Of a stretch of DNA of 35,231 nucleotides, positions 5,746-15,344 are shown piece by piece (positions within the stretch are counted from its first letter, which is position 1; every line of letters begins with the position of its first letter). Source of the stretch: a virus; the IMG/VR virus record IMGVR_UViG_3300020047_008563; one strand, given 5' to 3'. The translations under genes and the position numbers were made by a program. Below the pieces are notes generated by a model that was not told where the DNA came from, did no database searches, and saw only the letters and a program-made list of their open reading frames with translations.

Positions 5746-8610
5746 CTACCTCCCGTATCCAGCTTTTTTAGCGGTCCAGTCCGCGGTCACATAAGAATCG
5801 GCTTGGTCACCCCAAACTCTGATCTGGCCAATACCACCCTTCCAGTGATCGGTGGCAAGTTGAGCTGTGATACCCGCGCCCACAACCAATCTGTCCCATC
5901 CTGGTAGGATGCCATTGACGCCGGTCACGGTATCCCGAAGGACGCCGTCAATATAAACTCGAATGTCGTAAGTGCCGGTATCGTTTGCGCTCCACGAAAT
6001 ACCGTATTGATGCCATTGGTTTTTCACAATGCCAACAGGGCCATAAATAGCGATGTCGGGGCTTGGGCCTGCAAAACTGAAGTGTATGATGTCATCAACA
6101 AAGTGAAGGTCAAAAACATGCGTGCCTTGATCGCCTACGATTGACAACAAATTAGGGCCATCGCTGTTTTCAATGTCTGAACTGTCGCAATCCAACCATG
6201 CCCATACTACGGCCGTGCCGCTCTTTGGGTTAAGGTTTCCGGCCGTTTTGTACCATAAATAGTTGGGCTGAATTTCAACCGTTGTTGTCGTGGTCTTGAT
6301 GAACGTGCCAGGTGCTTGAATGTTACAGAACTGACCCGCGCGCCTACGTTCCATCTGCATACCGGAAACTAAAAGAGTGCCTGTTGCATCAAGTATTAAA
6401 CGCATCTGAGCGTTGCCTGTTGCAGCTCCAGTGAAATCCACATATTTAAACACATGTTGCCATGTGGTGGTTGCCGTAAACGTCGCCGTTGCTGTTTGAG
6501 GGGTTCCTCCCGAATCACCTTCAACAATGATTTTTCCGGCTAAAGTTCCAGAGGCCACCTTGACCCAGGCGCTCACCACAAAAGAATTGTCGGCGGCCGC
6601 AAGAGAGATCGCTTGCTTGATTCCATCGTTGGCAACGCCAGCAATCGAACCATATGGCATATTTGCGCCAAAGGCGTTTCCTACCGCGTTCGTGATGGTT
6701 GGCGTACCAACAGCCGTCCATGTGGTTCCAGGTGCACACGATTGCAAAATGAAGTTTTTATTTAAAGGCTCAAATTGCATGCCCTTGTTTGTGGCTGAGT
6801 TGAGAGGCGGTGCGGCTGGGTAGGCTGGGTTTGCGTACGATGCCAATCCCGCATAAGTGTTTGCATCACTGAAATAGGGCTGTTGCGCAACGATATTTCC
6901 AGTGTGGGAAAAACTGCCAGGTAACAAGGTACCTTCGTATTGCACCACTTGGTTGTTGAATGTGGTCGGTGCTGGCGTGACACCAAGGTCAACCTCAAAA
7001 AGTAAACCCGTTCCAGGCGTTTCTTCAAATTCAATTAACCCACCATTGTAAAGCTCAAGGGCTTCTGCATTAGTAAGCTTCTTAATCCACATCGTGAAGT
7101 TTCTAAACGTTGCAAATGATGACCAATACTGGGGCGTACCTGAATGCTGACCGAGGTAAAGATCAAGGCCGGCTGTCCAGGTCGTAAAGGCCAAAGTCCC
7201 GTCATAGTAAATTTGACCGTTAACAATTAAGGAACGCTCAGTTGAATCTTTCCAGGTGACGACAACATGGTTCCACACGCCGGCTCGTAAACCCATACCG
7301 TTGACGTTCTTGGCTGCGTTGCCAATGTAAAACACTGCGTTGGCCTCACTGGATTCAAGCATGGCAAATTGTTCACTGCCAAGGCTGAAGTAATCCGTGA
7401 TATTTCCTTCGTTGAGGATGGTTCCACCGCGGCCAGTTTTTACCCAAAAAGAAACCGAACCCTCAGCTCTTGCCCCGTCAACTGTGGCCGATGGATAGGT
7501 GCACACTTCTGTGTTTGAGAATTTGGTGGTGTTGGTGGTTTTAACGTAAGGACCAGCACACGCACGAGCTCGCATGTTAGATCCGCCAGTGTTTCCGGCC
7601 TGCTGCATTTGAGCGCCAAAAGCTCTACAGGTGTTGGAGGTATCGACAATAACGCCACATGCCAAAAATCCGGTTGTGGTCGAAGGGAAGTTTCCGTAAA
7701 TCTCAAAGCGTTGCCACTCTGTTGTGAGTCGGCACTCTTGCAAGACTTTCAAGCTTGAATCCACGGTGTCGCGCAATTGCAATTTGACCAACTGCGTGCC
7801 GGTCGTACATTTCAAAAAGATTGAGAATAAATAGGCTTTGGTTGGACTGGCTGGGGCTCCGCTGTTAACGGTTGCATATCCCGTGATCTGTTCGTAACCG
7901 TCTCCAGTTGCAGCACCAATGATACTGTCACCAAGCGTTGTACCAAAAGGATCTACGGCCGTGTTGCCTGCGACCGATCCTGTACCAATGGCCGTCCATT
8001 CGGCTTGGGTTAAATCTTCAGAATAGTAAAGTAAGTTTTCGGTTTCACCCGTAAGCTCAAGACCTGAGGCCAAAGAGTCAGTTGACCCAAACACTGTTGC
8101 ACCAAATACGGGTACCGTGGTCGCAACCTGGGCCAGAGTCCTTTTGCTGTTGGCGTAGTTACGAATCAACGTACGTGTGAAGGTTGGCGTTGGTCCAGTT
8201 GTAGATGTAAGAGATCCATCCAAAGGTGTACGAATAATGATATTGGCACTCTGAGGATAGGCCGAAACCGTAAGGGTTGTATTTCCAGAGACGGCTCCAA
8301 ACGTTGCCGAAATTGTCGTGGGGCTTCCACTTGCGGCGACCGTTGTTGCCAAGCCTGTTGTGGGCGCAATCGTGGCCACTCCGGTGTTACTCGAAAGCCA
8401 AATACATGAAGACGTAATGTCCGCCGTAGTTGCGTCGCTATATGTTCCCGTTGCGGTAAATTGAACCGTTGGTACGTCATCAAGGATGGTTGAAGCCGCG
8501 GGGGTAACTGCAATTGAAACCAAGGTGACTGGAGCAGGTCCAGAAGCTGGGGGGTAGATCCCAAACCCAGCCGATGGATCAACGTTCTCTGGAAATTTTG
8601 TGAAACTCAT
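5746..8610 (-). CDS. Tail fibre / receptor-binding protein (954 aa): Big_2 Ig-like domain plus two [CBM-like + LamG/ConA-like] units
   Basis: ATG at 8610 (TAATG coupling) preferred over the track start 8634. The N-terminal VTLVSIAVTPAASTILDDVPTVQFTATGTYSD...SSNTGVATI...TLTVS matches the Big_2 pattern. SVSFWVKTGRGG...VWNHVVVTW and AVVWAWLDCD...NQWHQYGISW resemble LamG. Confidence 0.8.
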   Translation of the reverse strand: MSFTKFPENVDPSAGFGIYPPASGPAPVTLVSIAVTPAASTILDDVPTVQFTATGTYSDATTADITSSCIWLSSNTGVATIAPTTGLATTVAASGSPTTISATFGAVSGNTTLTVSAYPQSANIIIRTPLDGSLTSTTGPTPTFTRTLIRNYANSKRTLAQVATTVPVFGATVFGSTDSLASGLELTGETENLLYYSEDLTQAEWTAIGTGSVAGNTAVDPFGTTLGDSIIGAATGDGYEQITGYATVNSGAPASPTKAYLFSIFLKCTTGTQLVKLQLRDTVDSSLKVLQECRLTTEWQRFEIYGNFPSTTTGFLACGVIVDTSNTCRAFGAQMQQAGNTGGSNMRARACAGPYVKTTNTTKFSNTEVCTYPSATVDGARAEGSVSFWVKTGRGGTILNEGNITDYFSLGSEQFAMLESSEANAVFYIGNAAKNVNGMGLRAGVWNHVVVTWKDSTERSLIVNGQIYYDGTLAFTTWTAGLDLYLGQHSGTPQYWSSFATFRNFTMWIKKLTNAEALELYNGGLIEFEETPGTGLLFEVDLGVTPAPTTFNNQVVQYEGTLLPGSFSHTGNIVAQQPYFSDANTYAGLASYANPAYPAAPPLNSATNKGMQFEPLNKNFILQSCAPGTTWTAVGTPTITNAVGNAFGANMPYGSIAGVANDGIKQAISLAAADNSFVVSAWVKVASGTLAGKIIVEGDSGGTPQTATATFTATTTWQHVFKYVDFTGAATGNAQMRLILDATGTLLVSGMQMERRRAGQFCNIQAPGTFIKTTTTTVEIQPNYLWYKTAGNLNPKSGTAVVWAWLDCDSSDIENSDGPNLLSIVGDQGTHVFDLHFVDDIIHFSFAGPSPDIAIYGPVGIVKNQWHQYGISWSANDTGTYDIRVYIDGVLRDTVTGVNGILPGWDRLVVGAGITAQLATDHWKGGIGQIRVWGDQADSYVTADWTAKKAGYGR

Positions 8611-8972
8611 TAGACATTCACTCCCGAGAACCAAGCCTGTAATTCGCCTGAACCTGAGGTGTTGGTGAATGTGATACGCATGGCCGCGGCTCTAAGGTGA
8701 TCCATGTTGATAAAAGCGTTTCCATCAACGCCAGCAGCAGCAGGCTGAGGGCTGAAGGGAACAGGGGTCCAATCGTTGGAAGTTCGTGCGTATGGGCCTG
8801 TCGTATTGGGGTTATTGGTAACCTCAACGTTGAAGTCTCCAACAGCGTCTCCGGTCCAAACAAATTGAACCGATTGAACGGTGAGAAAATTGGTATCAAT
8901 GACTTCGCTGACAATGTCGGCCGACATGTCTCCGTCTATGATGGCGTGGAATGATTTGAGTGCGTTGTTCAT
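8610..8972 (-). CDS. Small virion-module protein (120 aa), translationally coupled to the tail fibre (possible fibre adaptor)
   Basis: ATG with AAAGGAGCTCATC upstream; stop overlaps the tail-fibre ATG; beta-rich composition. Confidence 0.55.
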   Translation of the reverse strand: MNNALKSFHAIIDGDMSADIVSEVIDTNFLTVQSVQFVWTGDAVGDFNVEVTNNPNTTGPYARTSNDWTPVPFSPQPAAAGVDGNAFINMDHLRAAAMRITFTNTSGSGELQAWFSGVNV

Positions 8973-9028
8973 GATGAGCTCCTTTTCGGATTAGAGGATT
9001 TTCGCCCTCTGCCGTTGTTAAAAAAATG

Positions 9029-11848
9029 TTACCTATTTACGACCTTTTGTAAAGCCGTACCTGTTCTACTACTTAAATTTAATTTGTCCGCACGCGCTGG
9101 GGTGGCCTTTGAGGAACCTTGAAACGCAGCGTCTTTTTGTTGCTGTTGCTTTGTCATCCCTTGAAGCAAAGCTTGAGATGAACGGATAAAGTCTGGGCTT
9201 TGGGTTTTTTCCAAAGGCTGACCCAGAAACATCGCCGTTGGGTTTCGGTTGGCGATTGGCATCATTTTACCAGCCGCATGTTGTTTGGTTATGGCCATAA
9301 TAACCTGGCTCTTCATGTCGGCGTAAAGCTCAGGATAGACCTGGGTCATTACCTCAAGCGCTTCTTTGGAAACGATCTTGTTTTTCACATCCTTGAGAAC
9401 GTCCTGAGGCTTGTTGATAAACTTGATCGTTTTGGCAAGGCTTGCGATCTGATCTCGGCTAGGCGCGTACTTGGGGTCGAGTAACAAATTGGGCTCTTGT
9501 GGATAAATTGTGGATATTTTAGAACTGAGCAAGTTAATGGCGCGAACGGCGGTCATGTTGATGGCGGTGGCAATGTTGGGCGCGTTTTCCGTAACCCCTT
9601 TCATGCTCTGGGTCAGCCTATCAATCAATACGTTTGCGTCATTTGTGACAAGGTTCACATCATCTCGAAGTTTTTCAAGCTCCTTGGCGTGATCTTGCGA
9701 AGTTTTGTTGGTTAAAAACTTGGTGAGGCCCTTTGATTCTTCAGCCACATGGGGCTCGGTTGTAAACATAGATTTTACTGTTGCGTTAATATTGGCTTCA
9801 TAGCGCTGATTGGCTTTTTCTAAAGCTACAAGGGTACCTAACTTTTGATCGGCCTCCTCAACATTGTTATGCATGTCTAAGAACGCCTTCACACCAACAG
9901 GGGTCATAAGCTGGCCATACCCTGAGGATGCATCAAAAAGCTTACTTGTTCCCTCGCCAATACCTTGGGTGATTTTTTGAATAATATTCTTTGAGGATGC
10001 GCTGCTTTCCATCCTTCCAAGCAAAATATCTTGGATGCCCTTGGCTTGAATCTGCTTTACGAAGTCAGGCATCTCACCTGTCAAAACCATCTTCGCCGTA
10101 CCACTTAGAACTTTGCCGGGTATTTCCGTAGGACGTGCAAGGATGTCGAGGTTTTGCGCAACGTTGGCGCCCCAGGTGCCTTTTTGTAAGCCTTGCGCAA
10201 GTTCAGGGTTGATTTTGCCAAACACTAAGTTGGCTTTGACTGTTTTACCAATGTCGAGCCCAATCAAGTCGCCAAGTTTGGTGAGGATGTCCGCATCTGC
10301 CTGCATGGTCGGTTTCATCGAGCCATAAAGTTGATTTTGGAAAGGTTTCACCACACGATTTTCCGTCCAGTTTGAAATCAAGTCGCTCTTGATGTCTCGA
10401 AGATCCATTTTGAAATGGTTTTCGAGGTCTGTTGAAAGCTTCACGAGCGGCGCGTACTCTTTCATCACGTCCCGATAACCTGGAACCTTGGTTTTTAAGA
10501 ACTCATCAATATTGCGCTGAGCATCGTTTAGGGTTGACGAAATGAAATCATCTTTCAAACCTTCTCGAATGGAATAAATCTTGGTTTCTTTGCGAAGCAT
10601 CTGCAAATTACGCCTAACATCTGGGGCGCTTATTTGGGCAGGCATGTCGTCCGCTGCGTCTACAAACTCTTGAAGCCTGTTGTATGCTTTTTTCCCAATT
10701 GGCGTTCCAAAGTCTGGGCTTTTTTCGATGCTCTTTTGAACATCTTTGAACATCTTTTTGTAGGTGTTTCGCCCCATATAAATGGGAGTGTTGTCGAGAA
10801 TCTCACTTGCCTTGGCTTCCATCTCATCGGTCATTGAGGTGAGCTTATGCATCGACTCTTCAAGCTTATCTGCAAGGGTCACTTCTGTTTTGCTGGCAAG
10901 GTTAAGGGTCGGAACCTCATCTGTACCAATTTTTGCAAAAATAGTAGGTTTTCCCGTGGCGTCGGGCGCTCCAAACTCTTTGATAAAATCTAGATCATTT
11001 TGTTTTAAAGGGTTTTTAGGGTTGATCGCCTCAGCTTGCTTGAGAATTTTCTCATCTGGCATGTCAAAAACGATCTTGCCTTCTGCCTTAAAAGGTTGAG
11101 ATCCTTGACTTGCAGCCACATCATCGGCGGCCTCAATTGTTTCACGTGGAACACTAGCGGCGGCCGCCACGTCATCGGCCTCTTTCACGGCGGTTTTAAC
11201 TTGCGGTAGTATCTTTTTGGCACCAGCTCCTAGGGCCGAAATGACACCACCTATGCCAGCACCCAAAAGTGTACCAATTCCAATCTCAGCAAACGCCCTT
11301 TGAGCGGTGAGCGTTGGGTCTCCTAAGGCTGCCTCACTGATAGGCTGAGACGTTGCAAAGGCAGTGCCTTCAATAGCTGATCCAATTGTCGCTGCAGCAA
11401 TTTTCTTAGCCGATTCACCGGCAATGAATTTTCCTGCAACATTTTCCCCAATTTTGGCAGCGCCTTTGACCAAGGCTGCGCCTGGACCTGCGAGCGATGT
11501 ACCAACAACACCCGCAATATCGCCAGCAGTAGAAGCACCTGGATTGTATTCTTTGAGCCCTGCAAGCGTTTCAGGCTTCACAAGCCCTGTTTGAGTTAAG
11601 GCTACGTCTGAAAGGCCAAACGTTGCACCTCTTGCGAGACCTGCAAGACCCGCCTCAACGCCCCGATCACCATACTCCAAGGACTTGGCTTTTTCTGCAT
11701 CGTAAGCAAGCGCGGCTTCTTCAGATTGAATCTTATAACCACTTTGTAAAGCGGCTTGCAATTCACCTTGATCAATCGTGCCGATCTCACCATAAGGCGA
11801 AATGACATTGACCCTTTTGGGTGCTTGGGGTGTTAAAGCTTCGGGCAT
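9029..11848 (-). CDS. Large internal virion / DNA-ejection protein candidate (939 aa)
   Basis: Position equivalent to T7 gp16. Gly/Ala-rich hydrophobic segments (GIGTLLGAGIGGVISALGAGA). TAATG coupling to the upstream gene. Confidence 0.5.
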   Translation of the reverse strand: MPEALTPQAPKRVNVISPYGEIGTIDQGELQAALQSGYKIQSEEAALAYDAEKAKSLEYGDRGVEAGLAGLARGATFGLSDVALTQTGLVKPETLAGLKEYNPGASTAGDIAGVVGTSLAGPGAALVKGAAKIGENVAGKFIAGESAKKIAAATIGSAIEGTAFATSQPISEAALGDPTLTAQRAFAEIGIGTLLGAGIGGVISALGAGAKKILPQVKTAVKEADDVAAAASVPRETIEAADDVAASQGSQPFKAEGKIVFDMPDEKILKQAEAINPKNPLKQNDLDFIKEFGAPDATGKPTIFAKIGTDEVPTLNLASKTEVTLADKLEESMHKLTSMTDEMEAKASEILDNTPIYMGRNTYKKMFKDVQKSIEKSPDFGTPIGKKAYNRLQEFVDAADDMPAQISAPDVRRNLQMLRKETKIYSIREGLKDDFISSTLNDAQRNIDEFLKTKVPGYRDVMKEYAPLVKLSTDLENHFKMDLRDIKSDLISNWTENRVVKPFQNQLYGSMKPTMQADADILTKLGDLIGLDIGKTVKANLVFGKINPELAQGLQKGTWGANVAQNLDILARPTEIPGKVLSGTAKMVLTGEMPDFVKQIQAKGIQDILLGRMESSASSKNIIQKITQGIGEGTSKLFDASSGYGQLMTPVGVKAFLDMHNNVEEADQKLGTLVALEKANQRYEANINATVKSMFTTEPHVAEESKGLTKFLTNKTSQDHAKELEKLRDDVNLVTNDANVLIDRLTQSMKGVTENAPNIATAINMTAVRAINLLSSKISTIYPQEPNLLLDPKYAPSRDQIASLAKTIKFINKPQDVLKDVKNKIVSKEALEVMTQVYPELYADMKSQVIMAITKQHAAGKMMPIANRNPTAMFLGQPLEKTQSPDFIRSSQALLQGMTKQQQQKDAAFQGSSKATPARADKLNLSSRTGTALQKVVNR

Positions 11849-13386
11849 TATTTAGGCCTAAACGAGGTTATAGGTTGAGTTTGGCTAGGTGTCTGGCCAG
11901 AGGCTCGATTGATATTCTCAATAGCCAAACGTCTTGCGTTTGTTTTCTGCGCCACCGTAGCCTCATTGTCTCCAGGTTTTGGGTAAAAAATGTCTTTCCA
12001 GCCGTTTCGTTCTTGTGGGGTAATTGCTCCACCTGAAACAAAACGACCATAGTTTTCAGAAAATTGATCGGCGGCCTGTTCGTATTGACGGCGTTGGTCA
12101 CCTTTTAAGAGGTCAGGCGTTGCCCAATTTGGGATGTATCTGCTGCGCTCTGTTCCCTTGTATTGCTCTGAAGAATTAGGGTTTTGTGAAAGCCCCGTGA
12201 TAACTTGCTCAGCCTGCAACATTCCACTGGCAAAGGCATTCGCTTTAGCTTGAGATTCAGTCATTGGCTTATTTGCACCAAGCGTTGATTGAATTTTGAG
12301 CATGTCAATCATGCGGTTGGCTTGACCTTCAGCAATCTTATTTTGTAGGTCGGCAAGCTTGAAACCAAGCTCTGCAAGACCCTGCTGCGCTTTGGCCTTT
12401 ACCATCTGGTTACTGGTTTGAGCTTCAACCATTTTTAATTGCGCACCGAACATATTGTACATATCAAGTTTTGCCGCATTTTCCGCCTGACCTAAATCTT
12501 GATACTGTTGAAGCTTCATTTTTAGAAGGTTGTTTTTCTTTCCCATTTCTTCTTTTTGCGCGTCAATATCTCTATTCACAAGGTCATCAATTGCCTTAGC
12601 CGCTGGGTTCACGCCTGTTTTGTTTTGAGACAATCCACCCAAAAACAAACCGATGATAGCCATCACACGGTTCACGCCGCCTTTGATACCAGTCTGACTC
12701 TTCCAAAAATGCCCAGGGTCAATTTTACCCTCTGAAACGTCTTTTTGAATTGCTTCGGTTTCTTGCTTTAATGCATTTCTTTCCGTTTCGTACTTCAATT
12801 TGATGGCTGCATTTTGCTCCGCAAGCTGTTTGTTTTGATCAAGCTGTGCCTTATAGCCCTGGTCAGCAGCAGCAACCTCTTGTTTGTAAGCATTCCTCAT
12901 TTCATTCATGGCATTTTGAGCAGCTCCCATGCCTGGCTGAGGAGGCATTTGAGGAATAGGTGTTTGAGGCGGTGGAACTAAATTTGTAGGCTGCTGGCTT
13001 TGCAAGGCTTCAGGCTGAGATGGTTGAGGTAAAGGCGCTTGAAGCTGAGGTTCTCCTTGTGCAACAATATTTCCAGTTGGCGTAACTTCATACCCAGGAA
13101 TGCGATCACCTGGGCCTCCTCCCATGGGAATGCTAAGAAGTTTTGAATCATCTTTAGGGGTAACACCAGTAGGAACAGCATCAGGCGCAGGTGTGGGCGT
13201 TGCATCCATTTGCAAACTCACCTCATCTGGCTTTAATTTTGGAAGTGATTTGATGACTTTAATTGTATTTTCATCCAAATCTTTTTTTGCAATAGGGAAC
13301 GTCATACCGTTGGCGCTTTGGACCATGTATTGATGATCGCCTTCGTCTACAAACTTAAGACCATTCACGTCCATGTTCTTGGCCAT
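11848..13386 (-). CDS. Internal virion / ejection protein candidate (512 aa) with P/Q-rich linker and coiled coil
   Basis: TAATG coupling at both ends; PQLQAPLPQPSQPEALQSQQP...PPPQTPIPQMPPQP linker; hydrophobic VMAIIGLFLGGL segment. Confidence 0.45.
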   Translation of the reverse strand: MAKNMDVNGLKFVDEGDHQYMVQSANGMTFPIAKKDLDENTIKVIKSLPKLKPDEVSLQMDATPTPAPDAVPTGVTPKDDSKLLSIPMGGGPGDRIPGYEVTPTGNIVAQGEPQLQAPLPQPSQPEALQSQQPTNLVPPPQTPIPQMPPQPGMGAAQNAMNEMRNAYKQEVAAADQGYKAQLDQNKQLAEQNAAIKLKYETERNALKQETEAIQKDVSEGKIDPGHFWKSQTGIKGGVNRVMAIIGLFLGGLSQNKTGVNPAAKAIDDLVNRDIDAQKEEMGKKNNLLKMKLQQYQDLGQAENAAKLDMYNMFGAQLKMVEAQTSNQMVKAKAQQGLAELGFKLADLQNKIAEGQANRMIDMLKIQSTLGANKPMTESQAKANAFASGMLQAEQVITGLSQNPNSSEQYKGTERSRYIPNWATPDLLKGDQRRQYEQAADQFSENYGRFVSGGAITPQERNGWKDIFYPKPGDNEATVAQKTNARRLAIENINRASGQTPSQTQPITSFRPK

Positions 13387-14969
13387 TACGCTTTACCTCC
13401 GCAATACATTTTTTTATAAAGCTCAGAACTGTCTTCGTAGGCCTTTTTGGATTTGATCAAGTCCTCAAACGTCGGAGCTTTTTTATTGCTTTTTAAAACC
13501 TGATCAAGAAAGCGATGAGCAGCTTCAGGATCTTCAACCTTAGACCTAGGAATGACAATTTCGCCCGGAGATAAAAGAGCTGGTACGGTATCATTTTTCG
13601 ACGAATCACCTTGCGTTTTAGCGCGTCCATCTATCTTTCCTCCTTTGGATGCAAGAGCAACAAGACTTAAAAGTTCACTTCCTCCAGCGGCTTCGCCGGC
13701 ACCACCGGCAGCTCCAGCGCCACCCAGGGCTCCAGCTCCGCCAAAATCTCCAACAGCTCCGCCGATTCCAGCAGCCTCACCCGCTCCAGCAGAAGCACCC
13801 GCGCTACTTGCTGCGCCCGTTCCAGGACTTACCGAACTTGTGCTTGGTCCGCCACCTAAGAGGCCTAGCTTGTCTTTATTGGTAATGTCACCGCCGGCCT
13901 TGGCCATTGTTTTGCCTAAATTAGCTCCGGCCGCTGAGATTGCGCTCATTGCGTTGGCGTGTTCAGATGCATAGGTGTTCATCAAGTTTGGTGCGGTCTG
14001 AAGGTTCCCATCAAAAGAAAATTGCTGCGAGGGAATGTCTCCGCCAAAAGCATATCCTTTAACCTTTTTTGCAATCTCTTGAGCAAACGGATTTTCTGGA
14101 ACCTCACCACCATGGGCCATTGAAAACATACCACCGATTGAAGATGATATGCCTGACATTGCACCCATACCGTATTGAGCATCGGTAGAAGCGTTTTGCG
14201 CTGCTGTACCCGCATTGACTCCGTTGGCTGCATTGTACATATCAAAAATCTGCTTCTGATAGGCAAGATCGGCCTGCCTACGCATACCCTCAGCGTTTTG
14301 GGAGGCTTGCGTTTGGTTAACAGCTTGCTGACCCAATTGCGTTTGCTGTTGCCCGTAAATATTTGCGGCGGCTGCCTGCTGTTGCATTCTAGCCTGTTGA
14401 ATGGCCTGCGCTTGTGCTGCCTGTTGCGCTGCCTGATTGCCGATAATTTGCCCCGCTTGTCCTTGAGCAGCCAATTGCTGTTGGGCACTCATGAGTGCTG
14501 CTTGTCCAGCGGCCTGTTGATTTCCTTGCGCAACGTTTTGTGAAGCCATACGCGCCGCCATTGCAGGGTTGACGCCCCTTTGAGAAGCTGCAAAACCAGC
14601 CGCCTGCTTGGCGTTCTGATCGGTCGTCATCTGCAATTGATTCATGGCAGGGTTTGGACCCTCACCACGACTCGTTGCCATCATTTGATTGATAAGTTGC
14701 TGTTGCTGGGCCTGCGTTCCTTGCGCCGCGCTAAAGTCAATTGGGTTTCCGGCGCTTCCGGCAATTTGATTCGCAATGCCAGCCGCTTGCTGACCGTATT
14801 GATTGGCACCGCCAAAATCAACAAGGTTGCCCTGCATCGCTTGATTGATTTCTTGCTGATTCTTATCAAGGCGCTTGTCGAAGTTGCCCTGCTCCATTTG
14901 AGTAGGACCCTTGAATCTATATTCGTTTTCACCTCCAAAAACTGAGGTTAATGCTCCACCGACTCCCAT
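13386..14969 (-). CDS. Q/A/N/G-rich low-complexity internal virion protein candidate (527 aa)
   Basis: AAGGAGCTTTAA ATG start; about 200 aa of Gln/Ala repeats, then a Gly/Ala/Ser tract, then C-terminal NDTVPALLSPGEIVIPRS. Confidence 0.5.
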   Translation of the reverse strand: MGVGGALTSVFGGENEYRFKGPTQMEQGNFDKRLDKNQQEINQAMQGNLVDFGGANQYGQQAAGIANQIAGSAGNPIDFSAAQGTQAQQQQLINQMMATSRGEGPNPAMNQLQMTTDQNAKQAAGFAASQRGVNPAMAARMASQNVAQGNQQAAGQAALMSAQQQLAAQGQAGQIIGNQAAQQAAQAQAIQQARMQQQAAAANIYGQQQTQLGQQAVNQTQASQNAEGMRRQADLAYQKQIFDMYNAANGVNAGTAAQNASTDAQYGMGAMSGISSSIGGMFSMAHGGEVPENPFAQEIAKKVKGYAFGGDIPSQQFSFDGNLQTAPNLMNTYASEHANAMSAISAAGANLGKTMAKAGGDITNKDKLGLLGGGPSTSSVSPGTGAASSAGASAGAGEAAGIGGAVGDFGGAGALGGAGAAGGAGEAAGGSELLSLVALASKGGKIDGRAKTQGDSSKNDTVPALLSPGEIVIPRSKVEDPEAAHRFLDQVLKSNKKAPTFEDLIKSKKAYEDSSELYKKMYCGGKA

Positions 14970-15344
14970 TTAAAGCTCCTTTCCATAGAGCACTCTTTGC
15001 CCTAAAGGTAATGCGCCAATCGTGTTGGCGTAAAGTTCTATTTTATTTACTTTTGAAAAACCTAATAAAAAACTGTAACCACGCTGCTTGGCATAGTTAT
15101 TCAAAATATGAAGAATTGATTCCAAAGCACATTGGCGCTCTACCTTGTCGGCGTGAGGGTGTGTGATGACATTCTCAATCAAGGCAATCCCTGAATCCGT
15201 TTGTGTGAGCCATCCCGCGGCCGTGTTGGGTACGATGTAACCGACGACCGGATAAAGCCGGCGATCAATGGGTGTTTCGTTTCGCAATCGGTACCATGAA
15301 TCAATATCATTCATGTCGGTGTCCTGGACAAGGCGCGGCATCAT
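14970..15344 (-). CDS. Small virion-module protein (124 aa), T7 gp13-like position
   Basis: ATGA coupling to the 986-aa gene; weak GNAT-like layout only (see rejected list). Confidence 0.5.
   Translation of the reverse strand: MMPRLVQDTDMNDIDSWYRLRNETPIDRRLYPVVGYIVPNTAAGWLTQTDSGIALIENVITHPHADKVERQCALESILHILNNYAKQRGYSFLLGFSKVNKIELYANTIGALPLGQRVLYGKEL

Noticed and set aside
6521-8582. Alternative-frame and antisense ORFs inside the tail-fibre gene (for example 6521-6739, 6527-6823, 6762-7706 series, 8166-8582)
   Set aside because: They are nested in a 954-aa ORF with clear domain signatures. The shadow products are Arg/Pro/Leu-rich, lack start-site signals and break the one-strand coupled architecture.
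5746-8610. Diversity-generating retroelement targeting the fibre C-terminus
   Set aside because: No reverse transcriptase gene anywhere in the genome, and I could see no template-repeat copy of the fibre 3' end.
13552-14945. Several long ORFs on the plus strand or in alternative minus frames (13552-13974, 13649-13885, 13982-14488, 14175-14543, 14580-14945, 14681-14938)
   Set aside because: They lie entirely inside the Q/A/G low-complexity gene 13386-14969. Their products are repetitive P/A/L/R strings, as expected from reading GCN/CAG-rich repeats in other frames. They have no SD sites or coupling.
14970-15344. Possible second, degenerate GNAT-fold protein in the virion module
   Set aside because: Only a vague beta-strand/helix layout resemblance (IENVITHPH...ILHILNNYAKQRGYSFLLGF). 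It lacks the R/Q-x-x-G-x-G/A acetyl-CoA loop, is only 124 aa, and occupies the T7 gp13-like position.
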